From Scyliorhinus canicula (taxonomy: Eukaryota): 64,000 bases of DNA. This document shows positions 24,862-37,403 of the stretch, in pieces. Where the stretch lies: NCBI RefSeq assembly GCF_902713615.1, contig NW_024055820.1, positions 1-64,000 on the forward strand, read 5' to 3'. The notes below the pieces were generated by a model. The model did not search any database and had not been told where the DNA came from. It saw only the letters and a list, made by a program, of their open reading frames with translations. Position 1 is the first letter of the stretch. Every line of letters starts with the position of its first letter. A program made the translations under genes and the position numbers.

Positions 24862-25859
24862 TTTGATGATGTTGGTCAAGCAACATGTTTTCTTCATTTC
24901 TTTGCGGCGCAGACGGCAGGATTCATTCACATTGGGTTTGCTTTGAGAAGCTGAGCTCACACTGCAGGGAACCAATACGTTCCCGATAAAATCGAGACAG
25001 TTTCGAAAAGTTGTCTATGCGTGGACATTCACTTATCACTACTCACTAACTCTGGTGGATTCAGGCAGCTCACTGTTTCATTTTATTCAGATCAGCAACT
25101 TCACACTGTGAAGTCTCTCTTTCTTCCACCACATGTTTATTTCCATCAATTTATTTTCATTGCTTCCATTGACATGTTTAATCCTCAGCATTGCCCCCCT
25201 CCCCACCCCTCCAGCCCATCCCATCCCACTTGAGCAATCAGCGCCTTGTTCCTAATTGTCCTCTGACTCACTTTTCAATTAACATATTGTAATCTCTTAA
25301 TGTGCCATTATCAGCACCTTTCTTAGCCTTGATTAGCCTCATTTACATTCCCGTTTTCTTTCTGTCCAAGACATTTTTGTCATTGTCCACTTATTGATGA
25401 CACTCTATTGAGGCTCAATAGGGCACGCCCCCCCCCCCCACTCCTCCCCCCCCCCCCCCCCCCCCAACACAAGCGTCTAAATCTGACCCTATTTCCAGTT
25501 CTCCAGCTTTGACAAAGCGTCACCGAGACTCGGAACGACAGCTGCCATCTCACTTCACAGAGGCTGTCAGGCCTGCTGAGATGGTCCAGTAGTTTCTGTT
25601 TCAGATTGAAGCAACCGCAGTAATTAGCTTACAATTAAACATGTTTGAAATGGTGATTAAATATGTTAATCTGCATCTGTAAACCCTTTAAATTCTGTTG
25701 TGTATGTAAAAGGTGCTAATATCCGAACTGTGCCAAAATAGGAAAATCTTTATCTTCTAATTGCATTCCTCCACGTATCGCTGGCCCTCTATCGAGGCAC
25801 AATGCTTCATGCCCCCGCCAGTCTAAATCTGAGCAAAGTTCTAGTTCCCCAGTCTATCT

Positions 25860-26648
25860 ATTTTGGTAGGAATAACAGCAAACGGGATTATTATTGAAAT
25901 GATAAAATATTAAAGCATGCTGCTGTACAGAGAGCTCTGGGTGTAATAGTGCATGAGTCGCAATACGTTGGTTTACAGGTGCAACAGGTGATTAAGAAGG
26001 CAAATGGAATGTTGTCCTTCATTGTTAAAGAGATGGAGTTTAAGACTGGGGAGGTGATGCTGCAATTGTATAAGGTGTTAGTGAGGCCACACTTGGAGTA
26101 TTGTGTTCAGTTTTGGTCTCCTTACTTGAGAAAGGACGTACTGGCACTGGAGGATGTGCAGAGCAGATTCAAGAGGTTAATCCCAGACCTGAAGGGGTTG
26201 GATTACGTGGAGAGGTTGAGTAGACTGGGACTGTACTCGTTGGATTTTAGAACGATTAGAGGGATCTTATAGAAACATATCAAATTATGAAGGCAATAGA
26301 TAGGATAGATGCGGGCAAGTTTTTTCCACTGGTGAGTTAAAGCAGAACTAGGGGGCAAAGCCCAAAATAAGGGGAAGTAGATTGAGGACTGTGTTTAGGA
26401 GGAACTTCTTCACCCAAAGGGTTGTGAACCTATCGAATTCCTTGCCCAGTGAAGCAGTAGGGGCTCCTTCATTAAATGTTTTAAAGATAAAGACAGATAG
26501 TTGTTTGAAGAATAATGGGATTAAGGGTTATGGTTTTAAGGCCGAATGTGGAGCTGAGTCCACAAAAGATCAGCCATGATCTCATTGAATGGCGGAGCAG
26601 GCTCGAGGGGCCAGGTGGCCTACTCCTGTTCCTCGTTCTTATGTTCTT
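25860..26648 (+). mobile_element. CR1-clade LINE, 3' fragment
   Basis: ORF 25949-26272: LQLYKVLVRPHLEYCVQFWSPYLRKD. Same subfamily as 46501-48330. Confidence 0.9.
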
Positions 26649-27069
26649 TTGCTCTTTAACAAAGAGTCACCCAGACTCGAAACGAAACCTGACATCTCTC
26701 TCCACAGATGCTGCCAGACCTGCTGATATTGGCCTGTATTTTCTGTTTTTAATTCCCATTGACGCATCCGCAGTAAGTTGCTTTTACCGCACATTTAGAC
26801 ATGTTTGAAATTGCGATTAAATATGTTCATCTGCATCTGTAAAACCATTAAATTCTGTCGTGGATAAACAAAGTGCTAATATCCGAACTGTACCAAACTA
26901 AGAACATGTTTTTCTTCCCCTTGCGTTTTGAAAATACAGTACTTCTGCCTTTGTTGAATGAATTTTAAGGTCTTATGCGAGGCAAAATCTCACATTCCTC
27001 GAGCATATGAGATCGGGGAACAAATGCATTATGTGCAAACATTCCTCACACAAAATGAAAGGAACTTAA

Positions 27070-27142
27070 TGTTTCTGCCCGGATTTGAACCGGAGACTTT
27101 TCGCGTGTTAGGCGAATGCGATAACCACTACACTACATAAAC
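27070..27142 (-). tRNA. tRNA-Val(AAC) with an acceptor-stem mismatch (possible pseudogene)
   Basis: 73 nt, loop ctaacac, B-box ggttcaaatcc; gtttatg/cagaaac mismatch at pair 5. Confidence 0.75.
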
Positions 27143-27896
27143 CACTTTGACCTGCAATCAGTGGACATGTGCAATGTACAAACTCACTGTGTTGCTGCAG
27201 CTTCTTATGGTTAGGCTGAGAGGCCATGTCTGCAAGAAGACTCTTGTTTCTTAAAAACCCATGTCCCAACTTATAACACCATAAGATATAGAATTTAAGA
27301 TAAATTACGTCTTGTTTGAAGTGGAAATTTACATCAAAACCTCTGCAGCCTAAGTACCGTTCATGTACAAGATAGGAGGGGTGGCAGGAAATCCGCACTG
27401 AACCTGGATTTCCACAGCCCCCTGAGTGCTTCACGCCACCCCACCCATGCTAGTGTGACCAAACTTTCAGTTCTCCAGCTTGACAAAGAGTCACCCAGAC
27501 TCGAAACCACACTTGCCATCACTCTCCACAGAGGCTGTCAGACCTGCTGTGATTATCCAGTATTTTCTGTTTTTGTTTCCCATTGAAGCATCCGCAGTAA
27601 GTTGATTTGATCGTACATTTAAACATGTTTGCGATGGCGATTAAAAGTATTCATCTGCATCTGTAAACCAATTAAATTCCTTAGTGGATGAACAAACTGC
27701 TAATATCCGAACTGTGCCAAAATAGGAAAAATGTTTTTCTTCTCCTATCGTTTTGAAAATTCGGTACTTCTGACTTTGTTGAATGAATTTTAATGTCGTA
27801 TGTGAAATTAAATGTCATATTTCTCCTGCGTACGAGATTGGGGGAAACAAACGTGTTTTGTGCAAACATTCCTCACACAAAATGGGAAGAACGTGA

Positions 27897-27964
27897 TGTT
27901 TTTGCCCGGTTTCGAACCGGGACTTTCGCACATTGACCGAACATGATAGCCACACTACATAAAC
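27897..27964 (-). pseudogene. tRNA-Val pseudogene
   Basis: 68 nt, with deletions and a scrambled anticodon arm; flanks are paralogous to those of the 12810 copy. Confidence 0.75.
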
Positions 27965-28290
27965 AGCGGGTAGTGTAGCAATCAGTGGACATGTGCAATG
28001 TTGAACCTCACAGTCTTGCTGCATCTTTGAATGGTTAGGCTGAGAGGCCATGTAACTTATTACAAGAAGACAGCCACTTATTTAAAACCGATGTCTCGAC
28101 TTTTAAAACCATCAGATATAGAACTTATATTGAATTTAAGATATTATGTTTTGCTTGAAGTGGAAGTTAAATTGAGAAGGCAGGGTTTTCACGAATAACC
28201 TCAGCCGATACGAAAATTGTTGATTCCCTGTTCACCTTGCTCTGCATCAAGAACCTACTGAGCTAAACAGGACGCCAAAATGCTAAACTC

Positions 28291-28357
28291 AGAGTCAGCC
28301 TAGAGTCAAACATGGAATCGCCGTAGTCAGACGCGGTAGCCATTGCGCCATTGGCAC
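28291..28357 (-). pseudogene. tRNA-Arg(ACG) pseudogene, heavily degenerate
   Basis: cgtagtcagacgcggtagccattgcgccattggc lies at the position paralogous to 13212. Confidence 0.7.
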
Positions 28358-28451
28358 AGAGTAGTGCATGGTGATTTTGCTTTTTCCCATTGATGAAGAC
28401 CAGTTACGAGATTGAGGTAATATTCTGAAAGACTAAACTAGAAGCCAGAGA

Positions 28452-28524
28452 TGTTTCGAGCCGGTTTCTAACCGGAGACCTTTCGCATGTAAAGCAAATG
28501 TGATAACCACTACACTACAGAAAC
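28452..28524 (-). pseudogene. tRNA-Val(TAC) pseudogene
   Basis: 73 nt; T-loop ttagaaa (C56A); acceptor stem mismatched. Confidence 0.78.
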
Positions 28525-28821
28525 AGCTGACAAAGCAGAAGCCAATTGAACTGTGCTACGCTCAACTGAACAGTCTTGCTGCAACTTCTCATGGTTCGGC
28601 TGAGAGGCTATCTCACTTCTTACAAAAAGATGTCTGTTTCTTTAAAACAGATGTCTCAACTTACAAGACCAAAAGAAGTAGAATTCATATTGAACTTCGG
28701 CATTTGTTCAGCAAATATCTAACAGATTATTAATGCATCATTCTTATCTTCCTGCAGAAAAATTCAATCAGCATTACTCAATATTTTTAATTAATTATTT
28801 AATGCTTAACATTAGTACATT

Positions 28822-29146
28822 TACAGAATTTGCAGTGCAGAATGTGGCCATTCGGGCAATCGAGTCTCCACCAACCATCGGAAAATCCACCCACTTAAGC
28901 CCACACCTCCAACCTATCCCCGTGACCCCACCTAACCTTTTTGGACACTAAGGGCAATTTAGCACAGCCAATCCACCTAACCCGCACATCTTTGGACTGT
29001 GGGAAGAAACCGGAGGACCCGAAAGAAAGCCACGTACACAGGAAGAGAAACTGCAAACTTCACACAGACAGTGACCCAAACCGGGAATCGAACCGAGGAC
29101 CTTGAAGCTGTGAAGCAACTATGCTACCAGTGTGCTACCGTGCACC
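28822..29146 (-). mobile_element. HE1-like V-SINE, near full length
   Basis: Head, V core and 3' tail are all present; inserted into the tRNA-unit flank. Confidence 0.85.
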
Positions 29147-29804
29147 AGTCGTGGGCTGGCACGGGGATGGGGGTCTCTCAGACCATAGGTCGCCCCTGCA
29201 TAGCTAAGGACTGTGCAGGCTGGCCCTTTGGCCGCCCCCCCCCTGCAACATGGGAACCTTGGCACTGCCACACTGGCACCCAGGTGGCATTGCCAGGGTG
29301 CCAGGCTGGCACTGCTAAGGTGGCAGTGCTAGGCACCAACCTGGCCAAACGGCAATCAGCTGGGAGCCTCCGATTACTTTGGAAACCCACGAGTGCGGTT
29401 CCGTGTGTAGGCGCTTGCCTGAGATCCCCGACACACTATTTATGACGTGTCACGTGTGTAATACAAATCCCATGTTGCTTTGTTGCCTTTGATCACAGTC
29501 GGCGTTTGAACAAAATCAAATCCAGTTAAATGGAAGTGAATTGAGAATTATGTGTTGCTTATATTTGACCACTCTGTGTTCTGGTGTGAAACATTCTGCA
29601 GCCTAAATCCCGTTCATGTATAAGACAGGAGGGCTGACAGCAAATCCGCATTGAGCCTGGATTTCCATATCCACATGAGTAGATTTTCAGGTTTCTCAAT
29701 CATTGAGGCCGTTTTTTGTTTCCAAAAAGCTGGTTCAGTTATTTCGGTATTTCATCTAATTCAGTCACAGTGTCGTTTGTGTCTGTCGTTCTGAATACAT
29801 ATTA

Positions 29805-30090
29805 CTATTAGACATGCTTCAATCTGGCCTGTTCCATTTGCTGCTCTTAATGCGATCTATTCTACATTGGAGAGACTAAATGCCGACTGAGTGACCACTT
29901 TGAAAAACACTTTCACTCCATCCACAAGCTGGTGGCAGACTCTCCTGCCGCTTGCTATTTCAACTCACTGTCCTGCTCTCATGTCCACATGTCAGATCCT
30001 GGTTTGCTGCAATGTTCCCCTGAAGCCCAGCACAAAGCCGAGGAACAGCACTTCATCCTCCAATTAGGTATGTTACAGCCTCCCGGACCT
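29805..30090 (+). mobile_element. Penelope GIY-YIG fragment (third paralogous copy)
   Basis: ADSPAACYFNSLSCSHVHMSDPGLLQC..EEQHFILQLGMLQPPG. Confidence 0.72.
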
Positions 30091-31166
30091 AACTGCTTTA
30101 CACTTGTGATTATAAACAATCTGTTCTTCCCATCATTATAAACGGGGAAATGCTAGAAAACCTTCACCTTTCTGACAGCACCTGTGGAGGGAGAACACAG
30201 CTGACGTTTCGAGTCTGGTTGACTCTTCTGATTGAGCTTTTATTTCCATGTTGCTTGCGAGATATGGCAGCAGTTGAAACAGATCTTGATATCCGAGAGA
30301 TTTCAGAATGGAGATTTGTATTTGCAAATTATTCTCTCGCTGTGTCCATTCTCTTAGTCCAGCGCCTTAACACCTCAACCACAAAAATTCAGTGTATCTG
30401 TTCAAATGTTGATCAGTGAAGATACCAACCACCCTCCGCTCTGCAGCATGTGGATACGACTCTGCCGACCAATCTCAACTCAAAAAACAATAAAGCAGGA
30501 AGTCTCCTCTTATATGTGCTAAAATTGTTCCTTTTTCTTCTGTACGATTTTAATATGAAACTACAATAACAATGTGAATAAAGTTTGCATTGGTTAAAAA
30601 AAGGAGAGCCTCATATTTTCAGGCTTTCATTCAATTTGCCACTGTTCTGTCCATCTGACCAGCCAATCCATCTCGTCCTGTAATTTGGGGGGAAAGCTAT
30701 ACCATTAAAAGATGTAAACCAATTCAAATATTTAATGAGCATTACAACAAATACCAATTGACAAATTGCATGAACAATTATGATAAGAAAAAAGCACGAA
30801 ATAATTGGGAACATGTCAGGGATGGGAATAGCTGAGGGTTGTTTTATAGCTAGAAGTTGGATCTGAGCTCAGAATCCACCGCAAGAGGCTAGATTTTATG
30901 GATTCAAAAGGCATAGTTTGTGGAGAGGGATAAACCATATCATTTGCATCTCGTTGTTCGCCCGTACGTAGATTGGAATAATCCACATTGCCAATATTAC
31001 AAATGGAAGAATCGGTGAGATAATCTGTTTGTTCAGAGAACCGTAACAAAGCTGCAACTTAATTGTCCCTCTGGAGATTCTCACTTGGAATAAAAGAGGG
31101 CCGTTTGGAATGAGATGCAGCGCTGCAGTGCACAACTCTTGGATTTCTTTTAGTTTCCGAAAGAGA

Positions 31167-34161
31167 ATGCATGGCCCAGCAAGTGGCCTCGTCTTTGCCG
31201 TTTGCTACCCCATTCTTGCTGTTGTTGGCGTCCCAGGTAACTACTGGATACCAAAAGGGTTCTGAGCGTTTTTTTGTAAATTTCAGAAATTTTGTATTTG
31301 CCCTTTTAGGATTGGGCTGGATATTGGGTCTGGGTGAAAGGGAATTCCACCACGTAACTATATGTATATATAACGTATTTATACCACCGTGTTATGATAA
31401 AGTCAAGTGTATTACTTGCACTTCTATTGTGGGGCAGTACAAGATATTATTGGAAATATTTTGCTACATGCTTATCGAAATGATTTGTTATCGCTGAGAT
31501 ATGAATTCTCGTATATGGCATTGCGTGAACAATAATCGGATATGTTATTCAACATCAGATTTTATGCTAATGCAGTGAAATTCAAACTAGTTTTATAGCA
31601 TTGTGGGGGATAATAGAGAATCATGGTGTAAAATAATGTATTTTGATATTATTGGAGCATTGGAAGATGATTTATTAGAGTGTACTCTTTATATAAGATT
31701 AATTGAAATATAAAAATGTGATTCCACAATGTACAGTGAAATCTCTGGGACAATGTAATAGTTACTGTGCAGTGGGTTGTCCCAACAGTTATTTTTATTT
31801 TCTAATTCATCTCGGGCACATGGGCGTCACTGGCTCGGCCAACAATCATTGCACATCTCTCGTTGCCCTTGGAAGGTGATGGTGGCCTGCCTACTGGAAG
31901 AACTACAAGTCCTGCTGTGTCGGGAGGGAGTTCCAGCATTTTGACCCACTGACAGTGAGGGAACAGTGATATATTAATGTGGCTTCAGCAGTTAATTAGG
32001 AAAACGTTAGAAAGGTCAGCACGGTAGTATTGTGCTTAGCACAGTTGTTTCACAACTGCAGGGTCCCAGGTTTGATTCCCGGCTTGGGTCACTGTTCGTG
32101 GGAGTCTGCATTTTCTCCCCGTGTGTGCGTGGGTTTCCTCCATATGCTCCGGTTTCTTCACACAGTTCGAAGATGTGCGGGTGAGGTGGATTCGCCATGC
32201 TAAATTTCCCTTAATGTTCAAAAAAAATTAATTGGGGTTACTGGGTTAAGGGTATGGGGTGGCGTAGGTGTGTGATTGAGTGGGGTGCTTTTTACAAGGG
32301 CCGGTGCAGATTCGATGGGCCGAATGGCCTCCTTCTGCACTGTAAATTCTCTGATATTAGTGAATATTCCAGATTTGTAATTTAGTATGCATTTTGTCTT
32401 CTGGTAACAGGTTTTGCAAATTTTGAATAATTATCTGTCAAAACTAACGGAATATGAGTGTGACTGGAAAGGTCATCAAGTTTGTTCATATATATTTTTC
32501 ACTTCAAACGACGGATTTGCCCTTGATCTTTCAGGCACTCTAATATTTATGGTGGAGATGCTTCAAGGGAACGTTCACAGGCGAATTTGATTTTGAACGG
32601 CAGAAGCAGGCAGTTGAGTCAAAATCTGATCAAAGAGTTACATTATAATAAGCTTCTTAAAGAAGGAAGGTAAGACAGAGGCGATGAGGGAGTGAATTCC
32701 GGAGGTCAGATCCTCAGAGTGAAAGGAAAAACAGTTACTATTGGACAATTACTCTCAGGGATACTCAAGGACAGAGTGTAGATATGCTGAGATCTCGGAT
32801 ATTTCTATGATGTTACATCGGGGGTAGGGGGAGACTCTAGAGGCGTTTGAAACGTCGAATGACGAGAATATTAAAAGCCAGACGTTGCGGAACTGGGGGA
32901 CCAATGTAGCTCAGTGATGACAGGGCTGATGGATGGACGCAGCGTGCTCTGAATAAAAGCATTGGTAGCAAATGTTTAAGATGAACTTTCGTTGGAGCCG
33001 TGGGGATTGATTCAGTGACCAGAGAGCAGAGCGCGTGGTGGGGATTGATTGTTAAGGCGCTTTTAGTGACACATGCTTAATCCAGGATTGGAAATTGAAT
33101 AAACAACAATAATTTTGGAAGATTTGTAATCTGGATGTGGCAAAGGAAATAATCAGAAGGATTCAGCAAATTGATTGGAGGGGATATTGGTTGGTGTTTG
33201 GAGTTCGTTCGTTGACATCTTTTCCGTGTTATCTCTCACAGCCAACTTATTGGCAATGATAACCTTATCCCGAGGACGGTGCGGACTCTCCCGGTGCATC
33301 ACCTACTACCTGGTGGCAGTAGCCGTGAGCGATTTTCTGGTCATCATCACTACCGTCATCCTCAACCGGATTGGCCGCATCTACTTTCCTAACAGTGTCT
33401 TGACAACGACCCCTGCGTGTGCAGTAAGCATCATGCTGGGCTTTGCCACACGGGATTGCTCAGTCTGGGTGACCGTGGCCTTCACCATCGACCGTTTTAT
33501 AGCCATTTGTTGTCAGAGCCTGAAGACCAGATACTGTACTGAGAAAACTGCATTGCTGGTGATAGGATTGATCTGTGCCATTAGCTGCGTCAAGAACGCC
33601 CCTTTGTACTTTGTCTGCCGGCCATTGTACATCCTGGATGGGGTCCCCTGGTTCTGTGACCGCAAGTCCACCTATTTCACTATGCCCGCCTGGAAGGCTT
33701 ACGACTGGCTGGACCGCATCTTAACCCCTTTTTTTCCAATCTTCCTTATTCTGCTTCTCAACGCCCTGACTGTAAGACATATCGTAGCCGCCAGCAGAGC
33801 CCGTAAGAGGCTTCGGGGCCCTGACAGTCACGGAGACTCAGAGATGGCCAACAGAAAGAGGTCCATTATCCTGCTCTTCGCCATTGCGCTCAGCTTCCTT
33901 CTTCTTTGGACCACCCATGTCGCACATTTCCTCTACGTGCGGATTAAAGGCAAGGGCTATTTTAACAGCTCGGATTTCACTGACCCGCAGTACATCCTTC
34001 AGGAGACAGGCAACATGCTCCAGCTAGTCAGTTCCTGCAACAACGTCTTCATCTATGCAGTGGCCCAGACCAAGTTCCGAGATGAGCTGAAGAAGGTGCT
34101 GATGTGGCCCTTCAGCGCACTCGCTGGTTGCTTAAAGCGGTTAAAAAAATACACGTTATAA
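31167..34161 (+). CDS. Two-exon class A GPCR of the GPR139/GPR142-like family (329 aa)
   Basis: Exon 1 is 31167-31236 (MHGPASGLVFAVCYPILAVVGVP, phase-1 GTAACT donor). Exon 2 is 33242-34161 after tctctcacag. The joined frame is open (990 nt) with 7 hydrophobic segments, TIDRFIAIC and CNNVFIY. Family assignment is from motif recognition. Confidence 0.88.
32015..32355 (+). mobile_element. HE1-like V-SINE in the GPCR intron
   Basis: Head, V core and tail gggccgaatggcctccttctgcactgtaaattct. Confidence 0.85.
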
Positions 34162-34523
34162 CCTCCTTGGGTTAGTTCACGTCCTTGTTCAGTGTGGCAC
34201 GCACTGTGCTCAATCTTATTGCCCCATCATTGAAGGGGTGAGGCTGGAACGTTAGCCCAGCCATTTCAAAGTCCATTGGCTTTAGCGTGAGTGGAGGATC
34301 CGGCTCTCTTTCTTCAGAATCACAATGTCTTGGTTTTGGCTTCCAGACTTGAGCGATGATAGGTCTATAGTCCTGTGCTCAGTGTCTCTTGATAACCTGA
34401 ATCAGTACTGAGTCAGTACTGAGCTATCACAGTTCCTGTCTTCCTGGATGAGATGCTAAACCATTCTGTGTAAAATTACATTACAACTTAAAAAGTCCCA
34501 ATTGGCCACCGTCCTGAGGACGT

Positions 34524-34894
34524 NNNNNNNNNNNNNNNNNNNNNNNNNNNNNNNNNNNNNNNNNNNNNNNNNNNNNNNNNNNNNNNNNNNNNNNNNNNNN
34601 NNNNNNNNNNNNNNNNNNNNNNNNNNNNNNNNNNNNNNNNNNNNNNNNNNNNNNNNNNNNNNNNNNNNNNNNNNNNNNNNNNNNNNNNNNNNNNNNNNNN
34701 NNNNNNNNNNNNNNNNNNNNNNNNNNNNNNNNNNNNNNNNNNNNNNNNNNNNNNNNNNNNNNNNNNNNNNNNNNNNNNNNNNNNNNNNNNNNNNNNNNNN
34801 NNNNNNNNNNNNNNNNNNNNNNNNNNNNNNNNNNNNNNNNNNNNNNNNNNNNNNNNNNNNNNNNNNNNNNNNNNNNNNNNNNNNNNNNNNNNNN
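34524..34894. other. Assembly gap (371 N)
   Basis: Run of n. Confidence 1.
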
Positions 34895-35911
34895 CTTAAC
34901 AACCGTTACTCTGAACAATTAAGCTAAATTATTTCACCTAATGTTCTTTGGGGCTTGCTTCTGCCGACATCAATAAGCCCCAATCCAGTTATGAGGGTTA
35001 ATATTGTGGAGAAAAGGGCGAATAAAACAGCTTTGTGTTAAATACAGTGTGCCGGTACTTTTCAATATCTCTAAAACAATTTACTTTATAGTTCCTCTCC
35101 CTCACGCATGTGTCCTCTATCTTCAGATCCAGCAATAACTGTGAGGAACTCAAGGCGATTCTCTATCTCTAACATTGACACAATCCCATCAACTGCCTCC
35201 AGCATTTCCCTTTCACTAACCCACCGAAGAAAAGATTTTCATTCTTTTTTTCAATCTTTCTTGGTGATTTAAATCTATCTGTTCCTGCAACATTTGCGAT
35301 GAACTTTTATTTCCCCTTTGTTTTGAGGTGTGACGGCAATGTTCCTGGGATTTCGGTTTGGACTCTTTATAAACTCATTCTCTGCTGTGTCCATTGCCAC
35401 GATGGTTCTGTGTCTATTTCAGTGCTGTTCAGTGAAAACTACAATCATCCTTACTTTGTTGCGTGCAGATACCGAACAATCCCAAATCATAAAAATGCAG
35501 AGAAAACCCTTTTACATGGCAAATCTTACATTTTTCTCAACACCATTTTCATATGAAGCTGCATAACACATGTGAAAATGCTCAGATTGGTAAAAACGGA
35601 GATTTGAGCTGCGTTGACGCAGGTGGGTGAACACCCAAAAAACATGTACACGGAGAGTCGCAGAGGCCCGTGGACAGACATGCATATAGTGGTGAAGAAT
35701 TCACCAACCTAGCTCAGTTGTTCTTCGTTTATGATTCGCAGCAGCTAAGATTGCTAGGCCTCGCTGGTACAGCAGTTAACAATTGTTTTGACTGGTGTTG
35801 CTACTGCAACAGGGCATAAGGAAAGGAGAGGGAATAGGGCATTCCAACCCTCCAGACTGCACCACATTATGGATAAGATCACGGTGGATCCTCAGCACCG
35901 TTAAACAGCAG

Positions 35912-35985
35912 CGCGGGAGCAGGATTCGAACCTCTGTGGGGAGATCTCATAGAATGAATCGCCTTCACCACTCGGCCCTATCGAC
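35912..35985 (-). pseudogene. Degenerate tRNA-Ser-like relic
   Basis: Minus strand ggccgagtggtgaaggcgat...tctccccacagaggttcgaatcctgct retains Ser-type A and B boxes; the anticodon arm is lost. Confidence 0.55.
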
Positions 35986-36238
35986 ACGCCCACAGGTTGC
36001 ATATATTGTCCATATAGAGCAGCTAATGGGGGACATTTAGCGCATCGCATTCATGTGAGTTCTCTGGAAGATCGATTTGACTGATTCCAAGCATGCACCC
36101 TTTCTCCACAAGAATTCAAATGCGTATTACCCCCCCCCCCCCCCCGGTCACCTGTTAACTTAGAACACCGTGCATTCCACTGAAAATGAAGCTGGTAGAT
36201 TCCCGTCCATAGGCATTTACTGAAGAGACTTCAATTCT

Positions 36239-37403
36239 TTTTTTTTGTTAAATATTTTTATTCTCCATTTTCACTTTTCCTTCGGAATTTACACCCTCCC
36301 CAACAAGCAGTAAACGGTAACATATACAAAGTCGATACCCTTGACATTAGCAACGATCCCATCCTCCCACCACCCCAAACAACGGCCCACCTATATGCAT
36401 CAAATAAAACAAACCCTCCCACGGTGGAAAAAGAAACAAAGGAGAAAAAGAAAAAGGAGTCCGGAAGCGCTCATGGACACCATTAATCTATAGAATCCAC
36501 CCCCCCCCCCCCCCCCCCCCCCACCCCCACACTCAAGGCCATCCAACTTCCGAAAGAGTACTGTAAATGACACCCAAGAGTTGTTACCCCCGCCTCCCTC
36601 CCGAACTTCTCCCCTCCACTTCCTCTGGCAAAACTCCTCCCCCAACCTCGGTTCTATCCCCCCAAGTTTTCACCCGGCTAGACTCATTGGACCCTGTTCT
36701 GCCAGGCTCTGATGGCCCTTCCCCCACCTCACCCCCGTTCACTGGCCGGCTAAAACCGGCCAGCGTGGAGGCCCCCGCGCGGGTCTCTTTCCCCCTCGCC
36801 CGGCCCCAGGAAATCCCAGAAGTCCCCATTAGCACACAAACCCCGCATACAAACCCACACCCCAAATTCATTACGACTGAAAGTCCCATTTCTTCCCTTG
36901 TCCAAATATATACAACATTGGCTCCTTCAGCCCATACACCAGCATGCAGTGAAACAAAAAGGGAAAAAATACAGTCATGAGGATCCATCGGTACATGACC
37001 ATTTCTCAATTCTGCTACAGTCCTTCTGACTTCGCAAACTCCTCGGCTGCTTCTGCCGTCTCAAAATAAAAGTCCATGAACTTGTAGGTCACCCTTAGCT
37101 TCGCTGGATATATTATGCCACACTGCACCTTGCTAATGTACAGTGCCCTCTTCACCCGGTTGAAGGCAGCCTGTCTCCTCGCCAGCTCACACGTATACCA
37201 GCTTCAGCCCACTGCACCATCCACTTCTGCTTGGCCCAGCACAGGACCTTCTCCTTTACACTGTAGCTACGGAAGCACAGAGCACTGCTCTTCGCGGCTC
37301 ACTCGCCTTTGGTACAGGCCTCCACGACTGATGAGCCCGATCCGGCTCATATCGGGAGGGAACCTCCCCCCTCCCCCAATAGTTTCGCCAACATCGTGGC
37401 AAA
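36239..37403 (-). mobile_element. L1-derived insertion with only the ORF1 C-terminal part, a non-coding 3' region and poly(A); 17-bp TSD
   Basis: Minus frame ..FATMLAKLLGEGEVPSRYEPDRAH..ELARRQAAFNRVKRALY..GIIYPAKLRVTY..FETAEAAEEFAKSEGL* resembles L1 ORF1. AATAAA and an A-tail are near 36240. gaaga(g/t)acttcaattct occurs at 36222-36238 and 37404-37420. Confidence 0.8.

Noticed and set aside
34456-34927. Poly-X ORFs
   Set aside because: Artefacts of translating through the N gap.
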